A DNA stretch of 64,000 bases from Chloroflexota bacterium (lineage in GTDB: Bacteria > Chloroflexota > UBA11872 > VXOZ01): assembly GCA_963662335.2 (NCBI GenBank), contig CAXXVD010000002.1:704001-768000 (forward strand). The letters are read 5' to 3'. Below the pieces are notes generated by a model that was not told where the DNA came from, ran no database searches, and worked only from the letters and a program-made list of their open reading frames with translations. Shown here in pieces: positions 46,823 to 57,278 of this stretch. How positions within the stretch are numbered: the first letter of the stretch is position 1; each line of letters opens with the position of its first letter. The translations under genes were made by a program, and so were the position numbers.

Positions 46823-48082
46823 TCATACGAGCGGGTCCAGAATACTCTCGTAGCCGGGCACGAAGAGCCGCTGGTACGTGCGTTCGGCTTGAAAGTCGGT
46901 CATGGTGGCGATATAGTCGCAGGCCACGCGCCGGCGCTCCGTATCATCACGCGCCGCGGCAAAGCGGTCTTGGAACTCCAGCGGGTACATCGCCGCGTTT
47001 TCTTCTGCCTGAAAGACGCCAAACAGCCGGTCCACCATGTGGTGGGCGCGGTGGGCGAGCGTCGTCACCCGCGGTTCCGCGAACACCAACACGAACGCCA
47101 CCTGCTTCAGCACTTCGCAGCGCCGCTCCTGGGCCTCGGGCACCATGAGGCCGTAGCGGTATCGTTCCGATTGGCTTGCCGTCCATCCCAGTCGCGGCGC
47201 GCCCTGGGCGCAGCGCACGAATTCATCGATGAGGCGCGAGGTCAAGTCCTTTAGCGCCGCCCGCGCGCGCCGCGGCGTCGGCAGGCCTTCCAGTGCAAGC
47301 AAACGCGCCGCCAACCAGTCGAGTTCGCCCACCACTTCATCAGCCGGCCAGGCGCGCCCGCGTTCTTCCGCCCCCTCCTGTACCCGCTGGATGACGGCCT
47401 CTTGATTCGCGGGCCGCCGCAAGTGTTGCACCGTGATCATCCCCACGTGAATGCCATCCTCCAAGTCGTGCGCCGAGTAGGCCACGTCGTCGGCCCAATT
47501 CATGATCTGGCATTCGAAAGACCGCTCCTCCGCCGAGCCGTATTCGCAGACCCACTCGAGGAGAGGCGCGTCGTCCGCATAGCAGGACTTGCTCGATGTG
47601 GGTCGTGAACCGTGAATAGCCTTGTACTTGAGCAGCCCATCCAGCACCCCTCGCGATAGATTGAGCCCCGCATAGCGGTCGGACTTGACCTCCAGCCGGG
47701 TCAAGACGCGCAGATTCTGGGCGTTGGCCTCGAAACTGCCGTGTTCCGCCATGCGCGCGCGCAAGACCTGTTCGCCGTAGTGGCCGAACGGCGGGTGGCC
47801 GATGTCGTGGGCCAGGCAAATCCCCTCAACCAACGTCGGATCGACGCCCAGCCGCAACGCCAGCGCCTTGCCGATCTGCGCCACTTCCAAAGAGTGTGTA
47901 AGCCGCGTGCGGAAGAAGTCGCCGTAGCGCACGCCGAACACCTGCGTCTTGCCCTGCAAGCGGCGAAAAGCGGCGCTGTGGACGATGCGCGCGCGGTCGC
48001 GCTCGAACTCCCCTCGTTCGTCATCGACCTTGGCAGCCTCAGGGTGGAGGCGCTCGCGGTCTTGCGGTGTATAGCGAATCAC
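46823..48082 (-). CDS. dgt: deoxyguanosinetriphosphate triphosphohydrolase (dGTPase)
   Basis: RDRARIVHSAAFRRLQGKTQVF, RTRLTHSLEVAQ, HDIGHPPFGHYGE, ADDVAYSAHDLEDG; start approximate. Confidence 0.93.
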   Translation of the reverse strand: MIRYTPQDRERLHPEAAKVDDERGEFERDRARIVHSAAFRRLQGKTQVFGVRYGDFFRTRLTHSLEVAQIGKALALRLGVDPTLVEGICLAHDIGHPPFGHYGEQVLRARMAEHGSFEANAQNLRVLTRLEVKSDRYAGLNLSRGVLDGLLKYKAIHGSRPTSSKSCYADDAPLLEWVCEYGSAEERSFECQIMNWADDVAYSAHDLEDGIHVGMITVQHLRRPANQEAVIQRVQEGAEERGRAWPADEVVGELDWLAARLLALEGLPTPRRARAALKDLTSRLIDEFVRCAQGAPRLGWTASQSERYRYGLMVPEAQERRCEVLKQVAFVLVFAEPRVTTLAHRAHHMVDRLFGVFQAEENAAMYPLEFQDRFAAARDDTERRRVACDYIATMTDFQAERTYQRLFVPGYESILDPLV

Positions 48083-48353
48083 GTCATTTGACCACTCGCG
48101 GGCAGATGGCGCGCGCTGCACGCGCCATTGGCCCCGCCTCGCCTCATGCGTCTCTTGCTATTACGTCTACCATAGTCCGAAGACGCACCCCCCACAAGCG
48201 CCGCCGCCGGCCTCGCCACTTCACGCGCGCTCTCTGAAGAGAGTTGCCGTACGCCAATTGCGTTCGTCTCGCAGTTTGACAATTTCGTTGCCACCTTGTA
48301 GTCTTTAGGCACGCTTTCGCGGTACACCGTAGTACACAGAGAGAAGGCCCGCC

Positions 48354-49898
48354 ATGTCACAGCTCGACCAGTCACTCCTCATCTTGTTCATCGTCTATGT
48401 CCTCGCGGTGATCGGCATATCGCTCTACCGCACCAACCGGGCGCAAGAGATGGCGGACCACGTGCTCGCGGGCCGGCGCGTGGGCGCAATTACCACCGGC
48501 CTGAGCGCCAGTTCCTCACTGGAGCGGGGTTGGGCGATTTTCGTCCTGCCCGCGCTCGCAATCGGGTTCCGCTTCATGGTCATAGGCATGGCGATCGCCA
48601 TAATCCTGGGCCTGTGGGCGTCTTGGAAGTTGCTCGGGCCCCGGCTGCGCCGCTTTACCTTCGCGGCCCAGAACTCGCTCACCCTGCCGGAATTCCTGGA
48701 GCGGCGCTTCGATGACCACACCGGCGTTTTGCGTCTGCTGGCAGCCGTTTTGACCCTCGTGTTCGTGCTCTTCTACGTGAGCGCCGGCATCATGGCCGGC
48801 GGCATTCTTTTCAATATCGCATTCGGCGTGAGCAATGCCGTTGGCGGCCTCATGACAATACTCGTGGTCCTGGCCTACATCTTCATTGGCGGCTACCTGG
48901 TGGTCGCGCGCACCGATGTCTTTCAGGGCATAGTCACAGTGCTTGGCGTGGCCATCCTGGCAGTTGCCGTCTATGTAGTTGCCGACAACCCGACTGCGGG
49001 AATCGCAGACTTCTCCGGCGATGCCCTGTTCGACATTACCGGGATAAACAACGCGGTCATCTTCTTGCTTCTCATTCCTTTCATGGTGGCCATGGCCCAA
49101 GGCGCATTTGGCGCGCAGAGGCTCTTGCAGCGCTTCATGGCGGCCGAAAGTGAAGGGATAATGGATACCAGCCGCAGGCTGAGCCTTGCCTGGATCTTCA
49201 TCATCTTTGCGTTCAGCATCATTCTCGGCCTCTTTGCCGGGAACGCCGTGGCCGAAGGGGGCGCCGACCTCGGTCTATCCGGTGAAGCGGCGCTTGAGAT
49301 GTCGCCTATGGATAGTGAGCGGGGCATTCAGTTCTTCTACTGGTTGGCAGAACTCATCGATAATCCCATCCTTGGCGCCATTGCCCTCACCGCCGTCATC
49401 GCCGCGGTGATGAGCACGATCGACTCGCAGGCGCTCATCGGCGCCAGTGTGGCCGCCTCCGACCTGCCGCTTGTGCGACAGTATGCGCAGCGCAAGCGTT
49501 TCGAGTTCGTGTTGGGCGCTTACATGCGCGTCTGGATCGGCCGCCTGATGTTGATTCTCATCTCGCTTGTCGCTTGGCTGCTGGCCATGCTCTCCCCCAA
49601 CTCAGTCGTCACCTTTCTCCTGTACGCTTGGCTGGGCATGGGCTGCACCTTCGGGCCGGTGGTCCTCCTGTCGCTCTATTGGCGCCGCTTCAACATCTAT
49701 GGCGCGATGACCGGGCTTATCGCAGGGGGACTGTTGACGATCGGTTGCGCACTCTTGGGATTTGGGTTCATCGATCTTGGCCTGTATTCGCTCGGCGTAT
49801 TGCCGCTTACCGTGCTGGTCACCCTGGTTACCAAGGCGCCGTCCGCCGCAGTGGAAGAGTTGTTCGACCAGGGCATAGCCAAGACCGAGGCTGCGTAG
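48354..49898 (+). CDS. sodium:solute symporter (PutP-like), paralog 2
   Basis: LAGRRVG, SLTLPEFLERRF, RTDVFQG, QRFMA, AAVMSTIDSQ, LYWRR. Confidence 0.88.
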   Translation: MSQLDQSLLILFIVYVLAVIGISLYRTNRAQEMADHVLAGRRVGAITTGLSASSSLERGWAIFVLPALAIGFRFMVIGMAIAIILGLWASWKLLGPRLRRFTFAAQNSLTLPEFLERRFDDHTGVLRLLAAVLTLVFVLFYVSAGIMAGGILFNIAFGVSNAVGGLMTILVVLAYIFIGGYLVVARTDVFQGIVTVLGVAILAVAVYVVADNPTAGIADFSGDALFDITGINNAVIFLLLIPFMVAMAQGAFGAQRLLQRFMAAESEGIMDTSRRLSLAWIFIIFAFSIILGLFAGNAVAEGGADLGLSGEAALEMSPMDSERGIQFFYWLAELIDNPILGAIALTAVIAAVMSTIDSQALIGASVAASDLPLVRQYAQRKRFEFVLGAYMRVWIGRLMLILISLVAWLLAMLSPNSVVTFLLYAWLGMGCTFGPVVLLSLYWRRFNIYGAMTGLIAGGLLTIGCALLGFGFIDLGLYSLGVLPLTVLVTLVTKAPSAAVEELFDQGIAKTEAA

Positions 49899-50165
49899 AC
49901 CCGCTCCGGGATCATGCCCCGCGAGCGCATGACGGTCTTCCTGAGCGAAGCGCACCCTTTCACAGCTAGCGGCTAGTATCGAGGGCGCTCCGGGTTCTAC
50001 CGGGAGCGCCCTTCCCTATAGCCGGTTGCCAGTGGGCTGCGTGCTCGATAATCCCCGTCACGCTCTTTCTCTTGATCACAGAGGCTTCCATCTCGTCCGG
50101 TCTGCTATTGTATGCACAGTTAACCGGCGTCACGTGGAACTCAACACGCAGCAGCGAGAGAGCAC

Positions 50166-51086
50166 ATGCAAACCAATGCCGCAAGACCTACCGCGAACAT
50201 CTCGTGGAAGCAGGAAGTAGCGCAAGCGCCGTGGACGAAACGCGACTCCATGGGCGCGGCCGTCTTTCACGATAGGATGTGGCTCTTTGGCGGCTTCATT
50301 CCCACGCGGGTCAATGACGTCTGGACGTCTGCCGACGGCCTCGCCTGGGAAGAAGTCACGCCCGCCGCGCCGTGGCCCACGCGCAACCTGCCCTGCACGC
50401 TGGTCTACGACGACAAGGTCTGGCTCTTTGGCGGCGCGGAAAAGCCCGCCGTTGCCTACAATGACGTATGGTGTTCGGCGGACGGCCACGCCTGGACCGC
50501 CGCCACGCTGAGCGCCCCGTGGGCCGGGCGCGCCGCCGCTTCCGCGCTGGTCTACGACGGCAGGATGTGGCTCTTTGGCGGCTTCGACATTGGCACGTTC
50601 CACCACTTCAACGACGTGTGGACGTCTACCGACGGCGCGCATTGGGACCTGGTGACGGAATACGCGCCGTGGAGCGCCCGCTCCATGCAGACCTCGCTGG
50701 TCTTCGACGGCAAGATGTGGCTCATGGGCGGCGGCGTGTACAACGACAATTACCCCAGCAACACCGTGGTCGACCACGGCGACGTCTGGTGCTCCACCGA
50801 CGGCGCGTCGTGGGAAATGGTGACGCCGGCCGCCGCGTGGCCGGAGCGGCGCTTCCACGCCGCCGCGGTCTATGACGAGAAGATGTGGGTCATCGGCGGC
50901 TACCACGACGGCAACCGCAACGACGTCTGGTTCTCAGCCGACGGAGCCAACTGGATAGAGGCAATTGGCGACCCGATTTGGCCAATCCGCCACGCGCCGG
51001 TATGCCTCGCCTACCGCGGCAAGCTGTGGGTGATCGGCGGCTTTGGCGACACCCTCTATAACGACGTGTGGTCGTACCGGCGGTAG
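50166..51086 (+). CDS. Kelch-like beta-propeller repeat protein
   Basis: six repeats of APW..R.....V(F/Y).GK(M/V)W..GG....NDVW.S.DG..W. Confidence 0.85.
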   Translation: MQTNAARPTANISWKQEVAQAPWTKRDSMGAAVFHDRMWLFGGFIPTRVNDVWTSADGLAWEEVTPAAPWPTRNLPCTLVYDDKVWLFGGAEKPAVAYNDVWCSADGHAWTAATLSAPWAGRAAASALVYDGRMWLFGGFDIGTFHHFNDVWTSTDGAHWDLVTEYAPWSARSMQTSLVFDGKMWLMGGGVYNDNYPSNTVVDHGDVWCSTDGASWEMVTPAAAWPERRFHAAAVYDEKMWVIGGYHDGNRNDVWFSADGANWIEAIGDPIWPIRHAPVCLAYRGKLWVIGGFGDTLYNDVWSYRR

Positions 51087-51091
51087 CGCGC

Positions 51092-52702
51092 ATGAAGATC
51101 ACCGCCGGTCCCTATCTGCAGAACGTTGCGCAAGACGCCGTCACCGTCATGTGGCACACCGGCGAACCCGCCACGTCGGTTGTGGAGTACGAACGGAGCG
51201 CGCGGCTCGGTTGGAGCGCCTACGAAGGCCGGCCGGAACCCACCTACCCCTGCCGCAGCGCAGACCGCGAACCGCGCACGCTCCACGCCGTGCGCCTCAC
51301 CGGCCTGGAGACGGAACAGGCCTACTTCTATCGGGTTAGCTCTTCCTCGCCTGGCGGAACGTCAGTTATGTCCGCGGGCGCGAGCTTTCGCACTGCCGTC
51401 CGCGAAAACTCGCCCTTCTCGTTTGCCACCTACGGCGACAGCCTGCGCGTCCATGAAGCGCATAGGCAAAATGCTGATCTTGCCCGCGCGTATCGCGCCG
51501 ACATCTGCGTCGGCGCGGGCGACCACGCGCAGGATGAGATTGCGAGATTTGAGGATTTCTTCAACTGCGCGGAGAACCTGCTGCCCTACACGCCGTGGTT
51601 CGCGGCCATGGGCAACCACGACTCGCCCAACGAGGGCTACTTCCGCTACTTCAACTATCCAGAACCCCACTACTGGTACTCGTTCAACTACGGCGCGGCG
51701 CACTTCACCGTGCTCAACAGCAACATGGACTACCGGCCCGGCTCGGAGCAATGGCGCTGGCTAGAACACGACCTCCAAACCTTTCAAAACGCACGCTGGA
51801 AGTTCGTCGTCTTCCATCATCCGCCCTATTGCTCGAACAACTGCGAGATTCCCGCCACCCGCGCGCTTTGCCCGCTGTTCGAACGCTACGGTGTGGACAT
51901 CGTCTACACCGCCCACGCCACCATCTACGAGCGCTTCCATCCGCTGCGCGGCGGGCAATACGACAGCGAAAACGGCGTAATCTACTTCGTCTCCGGCGGC
52001 GGCGGCTACGACATGCGCCTTGCGCCCAGCGAACTCTGGGACCACCTGCATCCCGTCTCCGCGTTGGCCAGACCCACGAACCACATTCTGCAGACGAGCG
52101 TAGCGCCGGACGAATGCGAGGTACACGCCATTGATTCAGAGGGCTACCGGTTCGACACCCTCAGGCTGCATAAACCGGCGGCCCCGCGCGTCCCGCTGCC
52201 CGCCGCCAGCCCCCAGTTGCCGTACCCCGCCCTGCCGCCTGACGGCACGGTGGTGGCCGGCCTGGCGGAGGGCGCATCGCGCTGGGTGCTGCCGCGCAGC
52301 CAGTTCGCGCGCGACACGGCGGTGGCGCGCGGCAGCCAGGAGAGCATCCGCTGGCGCAATCAGGGTGACCAACCGGTCGTCCCGGCCATTCGCCGCGTGC
52401 TCAAGGATGACGGCAAACTGCTGGCGGCAACCGCCGGCAGACGCTATGCGCTTGCGGCCTGGGTGCGCACGGCGGACGTGCGCGGCGGTATGACCGTATC
52501 TCTGGAATGGAGCGGCGACATGGGGTTCATCGGCCGCGTATGCTCAGACCCGGTTAGCGGAACGCAAGACTGGACGCGCCTTGAAGTCGCCACACCCGTC
52601 TTGCCTCCCTATGTCTACACTTGCCGGGTCGTGCTCTCCGCCTTGCCGGGAACGCGGGGAACCGCCTGGTTCGATGATGTCGCGGTGGCGGAGATTGGAT
52701 AG
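51092..52702 (+). CDS. purple acid phosphatase-like metallophosphoesterase with FN3-like N-domain and CBM-like C-domain
   Basis: GPYLQ, YGDS, GAGDH, MGNHD, FHHPPY, YER; C-terminal VSGTQDW...GTAWFDDV. Confidence 0.82.
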   Translation: MKITAGPYLQNVAQDAVTVMWHTGEPATSVVEYERSARLGWSAYEGRPEPTYPCRSADREPRTLHAVRLTGLETEQAYFYRVSSSSPGGTSVMSAGASFRTAVRENSPFSFATYGDSLRVHEAHRQNADLARAYRADICVGAGDHAQDEIARFEDFFNCAENLLPYTPWFAAMGNHDSPNEGYFRYFNYPEPHYWYSFNYGAAHFTVLNSNMDYRPGSEQWRWLEHDLQTFQNARWKFVVFHHPPYCSNNCEIPATRALCPLFERYGVDIVYTAHATIYERFHPLRGGQYDSENGVIYFVSGGGGYDMRLAPSELWDHLHPVSALARPTNHILQTSVAPDECEVHAIDSEGYRFDTLRLHKPAAPRVPLPAASPQLPYPALPPDGTVVAGLAEGASRWVLPRSQFARDTAVARGSQESIRWRNQGDQPVVPAIRRVLKDDGKLLAATAGRRYALAAWVRTADVRGGMTVSLEWSGDMGFIGRVCSDPVSGTQDWTRLEVATPVLPPYVYTCRVVLSALPGTRGTAWFDDVAVAEIG

Positions 52703-52741
52703 CATCCCGTTAACGCCGGGTGTTTGGTCCTGTGCGCCAAG

Positions 52742-53031
52742 AGGGGGGGCAAGCCCCCGCGCTACGTCTATGCGACGGCTCTATGGCGATGCGAACCGCG
52801 CCTCGCACCTCCGGTAGCGCAGGTTTGCAACCTGCGAGGCTGTAGGGGAATTTCATGGCGTGCGATCTTTCCTCTTGCTCTGTCGGGGGACAAGCCCCCG
52901 CGCTACTTTGAACACCACTGGGGACAAGCCTTTGCGCCGTCCACCCCCGCGCGCGCTTCGACAGGCTCAGCGCGAACGGAGACTTGTCAGGCTCAGCGCG
53001 AACGGAGATTTGACAGGCTCAGCGCGAACGG
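52742..53031. repeat. cluster of REP-like palindromes including a 26-bp tandem repeat (three copies)
   Basis: caagcccccgcgctac twice, gtagcgcaggtttgcaacctgcg, and caggctcagcgcgaacgg at about 52962, 52988 and 53014. Confidence 0.8.
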
Positions 53032-53078
53032 CAAGATGAAGCATCGAAACCGAGAGAGATGAGCCGAAACCCGCGATA

Positions 53079-53107
53079 TTGACGCTGAAATTGCCTTGTG
53101 CCATACT
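53079..53107 (+). promoter_or_regulatory. sigma70-type promoter
   Basis: TTGACG, 17 bp spacer, CATACT with TG extension, upstream of a solute-binding protein gene. Confidence 0.45.
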
Positions 53108-53238
53108 ACTGCTCAGCGAGCAAGAGCGATTAGAGGGGGAAAGGAGGCGATTCCGCCCCACGGGCGCGAGTACCCAAACAGTGTAGTCCAATTGCGCGCC
53201 ACTTCGCGGAGAAGTGGCCATTCTTAGGAGTAGAGACG

Positions 53239-54624
53239 ATGCAAGAGAAGCGACACGTCTTTTCCCGCCGCGGGTTCTTGGCGGGCGCGGGCGGCCTTGG
53301 CGGCGCGGTCTTCTTGGCGGCGTGCGGCGCGGTGCCGGTCGCGGATGGCGGCATGGCCGAAGAACAGCCGGAGCCGGAAGCCGAAGAACAGCCCGAGCCG
53401 GAAGTCAAGCTGATGCGGATCGACGAGACGTTCGTCGAATCCGACGGCCGCTATCAGGCTTTTCGCAACACCTTGGAGCAGGCCGAGGAAGCGCTGGGCA
53501 TCACGACCGAGATCGTGCCCGGCGAGTACAGCACGATCTGGGAACGGCGGCAGACGAACCACGCGGCCGGCCAGGCCGACGTGGACCTCTCCATCAACCA
53601 GATCAACTGGTACGGCTACGGCGGCTTGCGGGGCATCTTCCCGGACCACATCCCCTACTTCCAGCGCGATAAGATCCCGTTGGAAGACTACTTCCAGGCC
53701 GACCTGCGCTCGTGGACCTGGCAGAACAAGCTCTACGCCGTGCCTATGCAGTCCGGCGGCGAGGTGGTGCTCTTTAACAAGGAGTACTTCGACGAAGCCG
53801 GCCTGAACTACCCCGGCGGTGATTGGACCTACGACGACCTGCTCTCCATGGCCGAGCGGCTTCACAAGCCGGACGACGGCCGCTGGGCGCTGCAAGTGGG
53901 CCAGAATAGCCTCTGGTACATGGGCGGCACCTTCCTGCTCAACTTCGGCGGGTCCATCATGAACGAGAACGACACCAAGGCGCTCTACGGTGAGGACCCA
54001 TTGTCCCTGCGCGGCGCCCAGTTCAACGTGGATCTGCACATCAAGCACCAGTACACACCCTCCGGCGAAGACATCCAGAAGGTTACTGGCGGTAGGTCCG
54101 GTATCGGCATTCTCGAGGTGAGAGCCCTTGCCATGGAGTTCAACGGCATGTTCCGCTACAACGCCGCCAAGAAACACTTGGAGGACGCGCTGGACATTGC
54201 CATGCCGCCGCGGGACCAGCGCCAGACGGCTACCCTGGTTGGGAATGGCTACTCTCTGATGACCCTCTCGCCGAACCAGGAGACTGCTTGGAGCTTCCTC
54301 AAGTACATCCACAGCGATGAGGGCGCTGAGCAAACCGACTACTTCGGCTTCATCGCCTGGCCGCCGATTATCCGGCATGGCCTGTTCCCGAAGTGGGCTG
54401 CGCGCTATGAAGGCACGCAGGTAGAACAGGTTGTGAACGGTTGGGCCGCCGGCGGCCGCCCGTTCCCGCGCGTGCTGGAATTCAGCGAGGCCTTTGGCCC
54501 GTCCAATGCGCCCTGGTATGAGGCCCTGCGCGGTGAAATCACCGTGGCCGAGGGTCTGCGCCAGTCCGCCGACATCCTCAACGAGGTCCTGGATCGCCGC
54601 CCCGAGGAGTATCGGGAGGCGTAA
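53239..54624 (+). CDS. ABC transporter extracellular solute-binding lipoprotein, family 1
   Basis: SRRGFL twin-Arg, LAACG lipobox, LYAVP, FNKEYFDEAGL, WTYDD. Confidence 0.88.
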   Translation: MQEKRHVFSRRGFLAGAGGLGGAVFLAACGAVPVADGGMAEEQPEPEAEEQPEPEVKLMRIDETFVESDGRYQAFRNTLEQAEEALGITTEIVPGEYSTIWERRQTNHAAGQADVDLSINQINWYGYGGLRGIFPDHIPYFQRDKIPLEDYFQADLRSWTWQNKLYAVPMQSGGEVVLFNKEYFDEAGLNYPGGDWTYDDLLSMAERLHKPDDGRWALQVGQNSLWYMGGTFLLNFGGSIMNENDTKALYGEDPLSLRGAQFNVDLHIKHQYTPSGEDIQKVTGGRSGIGILEVRALAMEFNGMFRYNAAKKHLEDALDIAMPPRDQRQTATLVGNGYSLMTLSPNQETAWSFLKYIHSDEGAEQTDYFGFIAWPPIIRHGLFPKWAARYEGTQVEQVVNGWAAGGRPFPRVLEFSEAFGPSNAPWYEALRGEITVAEGLRQSADILNEVLDRRPEEYREA

Positions 54625-54674
54625 GCTCGACCTATTGGGAATGCGAGATTGATCTCCTTGCTTGGAGAAGTGAA

Positions 54675-54704
54675 CGTAGGGGCACGACGTGTCGTGCCCC
54701 TACG
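54675..54704. repeat. GTAG-type REP-like palindrome
   Basis: cgtaggggcacgacgtgtcgtgcccctacg. Confidence 0.8.
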
Positions 54705-54883
54705 GGCGTTAATGACTGGCGCGCGTACAGGGGCCGTGTCTGCCCGCGCGTTTCCGGTGCGCGCGTATTTCCAATGCGCCCGCGCCGGTATATAATCGCA
54801 GTGGCTGAACACGCCGGGCGCGGGGGCGCTGCCGCCGCGCGCCGGTGTGAAGGAAAATCGACTTCGTGAACGAGGAGCGCGCT

Positions 54884-55798
54884 ATGGCTGTATCGAACAA
54901 GGTCTACTTCTCCTATTTCGTCGATTGCGAGCCGCTGGCGGCCAAGTCGCCCCGCTGCGGCGGGCCGCAATCGTGGGCCGTGAGCGAGCGCACCGTGCGC
55001 GCCATCCGGCAGTCCTTCGAGGCGCACGGCTTGCTGCCCGCAGTCACCTTCAACCTCACGCCCGAAGCGGCCAAAGCCCACGCCGGCATGATGCGCGAGT
55101 GGCACGCCGAGGGCGTAAACATCGGCATCCAGCCCAACGTGCCCGGCTTTCGCTATCCCAAGTACGAGAACGACCTGGGCGAATACGACGAGGACACCCA
55201 GCGGCAGATCATTGCCGAGGCAACGGAGGATTTCGAGAACGCGCTGGGGTTCAGGACGGACACCTATTGCGCGTGTTGCGGCTCCAAGAGCCCCGTCACG
55301 CTGCGCCTGCTCTACGAGGCCGGCTACCGGCAGTACATCGCGCCCGCGCCGGGGCGTTACTTTCCCGACCGCCCGGACCGCACTACGGAAGGGGACTATC
55401 CCTTTCCCCATTGGGGCAGCACGCAGCACCACGTGCTGGGCGGCGCATTGCCGATCTGCGTCGTCTCGTGCAGCGGCGAGATGACCGGCGGCCGCGGCGC
55501 GCGCCCCCGCGACCTGCGCTCGGAAGAGCCGGTGAACGCGGCATCGCGCGAACTCTACCGCACGATCATAGACTGGAACCTGGAACTCTCCGGCCTCCTG
55601 CAAACGCCGGTGCGCGCCATCATCGGCGCTACCCACAACTCGGAAAAGGTCAACATCCCCAACGTGGATTACGTCTTGGACTACATCCAGGAAGCCACGG
55701 CGCGCGAGGGCCTGGAGCTAATTCCGGCCTCGTTCCCCATGATACGGTCGGCGCTGGCGGAGGCCTTGCCGCTCTCGCAAGCGACACTGCCGGCCTAG
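54884..55798 (+). CDS. polysaccharide deacetylase/NodB-like fold protein (divergent)
   Basis: YFVDCE, VTFNLTP, QRQIIAEATEDFENALGFR, LYEAGY; GAGGAG RBS. Confidence 0.6.
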   Translation: MAVSNKVYFSYFVDCEPLAAKSPRCGGPQSWAVSERTVRAIRQSFEAHGLLPAVTFNLTPEAAKAHAGMMREWHAEGVNIGIQPNVPGFRYPKYENDLGEYDEDTQRQIIAEATEDFENALGFRTDTYCACCGSKSPVTLRLLYEAGYRQYIAPAPGRYFPDRPDRTTEGDYPFPHWGSTQHHVLGGALPICVVSCSGEMTGGRGARPRDLRSEEPVNAASRELYRTIIDWNLELSGLLQTPVRAIIGATHNSEKVNIPNVDYVLDYIQEATAREGLELIPASFPMIRSALAEALPLSQATLPA

Positions 55799-55862
55799 GG
55801 CAGATTCCAGATTGAGGTAGGGGAAATCAACGCTCCCAATACTTCCCCTTTCCACGGGAAGA

Positions 55863-56025
55863 GGCTGACAGGTGTAGGTATTCTATAATGGACTTCACGT
55901 GTCATTCCGAACGGAGCGTAGCGGAGTGTCGAACCCTGTTCGCGGAATCTAAAGCACAGCCCTGCAAAATCAGCATCTTTAGATTCCTCGCTACGCTCGG
56001 AATGACATTTGCCTACCCCTGTCAG
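55863..56025 (+). mobile_element. ~165 bp MITE-like element nested in a REP hairpin (copy 2)
   Basis: CTGACAGG...CCTGTCAG terminal inverted repeat; reverse-complement homolog of 31342-31521. Confidence 0.55.
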
Positions 56026-56088
56026 ATGGGGAGAGGGCTAGGGTGAGGGTGAAGGCGTAGAATCGAAGCAGAAGCGGAGGCAGAACCC

Positions 56089-57252
56089 ATGGCAACCACC
56101 ATAGACCGGGCGACCGCAGCCGAACTCCAAGCGGAATCCACCGAGGCGGAAGCCATCGCGCCGGAGTTGCGCATCGTCGAATGGCAGAACGAGCAAATCG
56201 TGCGCGGCGCGTACCCGTTCCGCTACCAGGCGCCGGACGCCATGTTGAAAGAGTTGCGCGAACGCTACCGCCTGGACGACGTGATCGCATCCGGCCAGAC
56301 CGAGTTCGACCAGGTCTTGCTGCTGCGCGAGTGGGTGCACACCCGCTGGAAGCACGGCTGGTCGCGGGAGCCGGGACCCTACAACGCGCTTGACATCCTG
56401 GCCGCCGTGGAAGCGGGCCACGACTTCAACTGCGGCTACTTTGCCGTCACGCTCATGCAGTGCCTCTTGTCGCTCGGCTTCGTCGCCCGCAATCTGAGCA
56501 TCTGCAAGCCCGCCAGCGAGTGGATGGCTGAGGACGAGGGCAACATCGGCCACTCGCTCGTCGAGTACTGGTCGCACCAGTTCCACAAGTGGATTCTGCT
56601 CGACCCGGACCTGAACGTGCACTACGAGCGCGGCGGCGCGCCGCTCAGCATCCTGGAAATCCACGACGCCTGGGTCACCCGCCGCTGGGATGAAGTGACG
56701 ATGCTGACCGGGCCGACGCCGTTTCGGGTTACGGACAAGGCCATTTCCGGGGCCGCCACCACTTTCGCCAACCTGGATAACCAGAATGCCGAAATGCAGA
56801 TCTTCGGCTGGCACAACGTGGGCGACTACTACAGCCACGTCACGCTGCCCATGCGCAATACCACGCACTCCAGCCGGGAGCACGCGCCCACGCTGCACTG
56901 GGTGGACGCCCACACGCCGCCGCGCCTGGTGTCGTATAACGGCGTGACCGGCGGGACGTTTACGAGCAACGTGAACGATCTCTACTGGTCGGTGGACCAG
57001 GTGCAGATCGACCTGGCGGTCGACGCGGCGGCCTGGGAGCGGCGGGAGGCCCACTTGTCCGTCTCGCTCGACCACAGCATGCCGAATCTCGACCGGCTGC
57101 TGGTGCGCCTGGACGATGAAGAGTGGCGCGCGAGCGCCCCGGAATTCACCTGGCGTTTGCGCCCAGGCAAGAACCAGATCATGGCCAAGGGCGTGAACCG
57201 CTTCGGGCGGGAAGGCCACGTGAGCCGCATATTGCTGCGCTTCAATCCGTAA
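56089..57252 (+). CDS. transglutaminase-like (Cys-His-Asp) domain protein
   Basis: FNCGYFA, GHSLVEYWS, KWILLDPD. Confidence 0.78.
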   Translation: MATTIDRATAAELQAESTEAEAIAPELRIVEWQNEQIVRGAYPFRYQAPDAMLKELRERYRLDDVIASGQTEFDQVLLLREWVHTRWKHGWSREPGPYNALDILAAVEAGHDFNCGYFAVTLMQCLLSLGFVARNLSICKPASEWMAEDEGNIGHSLVEYWSHQFHKWILLDPDLNVHYERGGAPLSILEIHDAWVTRRWDEVTMLTGPTPFRVTDKAISGAATTFANLDNQNAEMQIFGWHNVGDYYSHVTLPMRNTTHSSREHAPTLHWVDAHTPPRLVSYNGVTGGTFTSNVNDLYWSVDQVQIDLAVDAAAWERREAHLSVSLDHSMPNLDRLLVRLDDEEWRASAPEFTWRLRPGKNQIMAKGVNRFGREGHVSRILLRFNP

Positions 57253-57278
57253 CCCCTACTACACGTAACGAACAGGAG

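Noticed and set aside
46823-48082. dGTPase as an anti-phage nucleotide-depletion system
   Set aside because: Host-like composition and no defence neighbours; it looks like housekeeping dgt.
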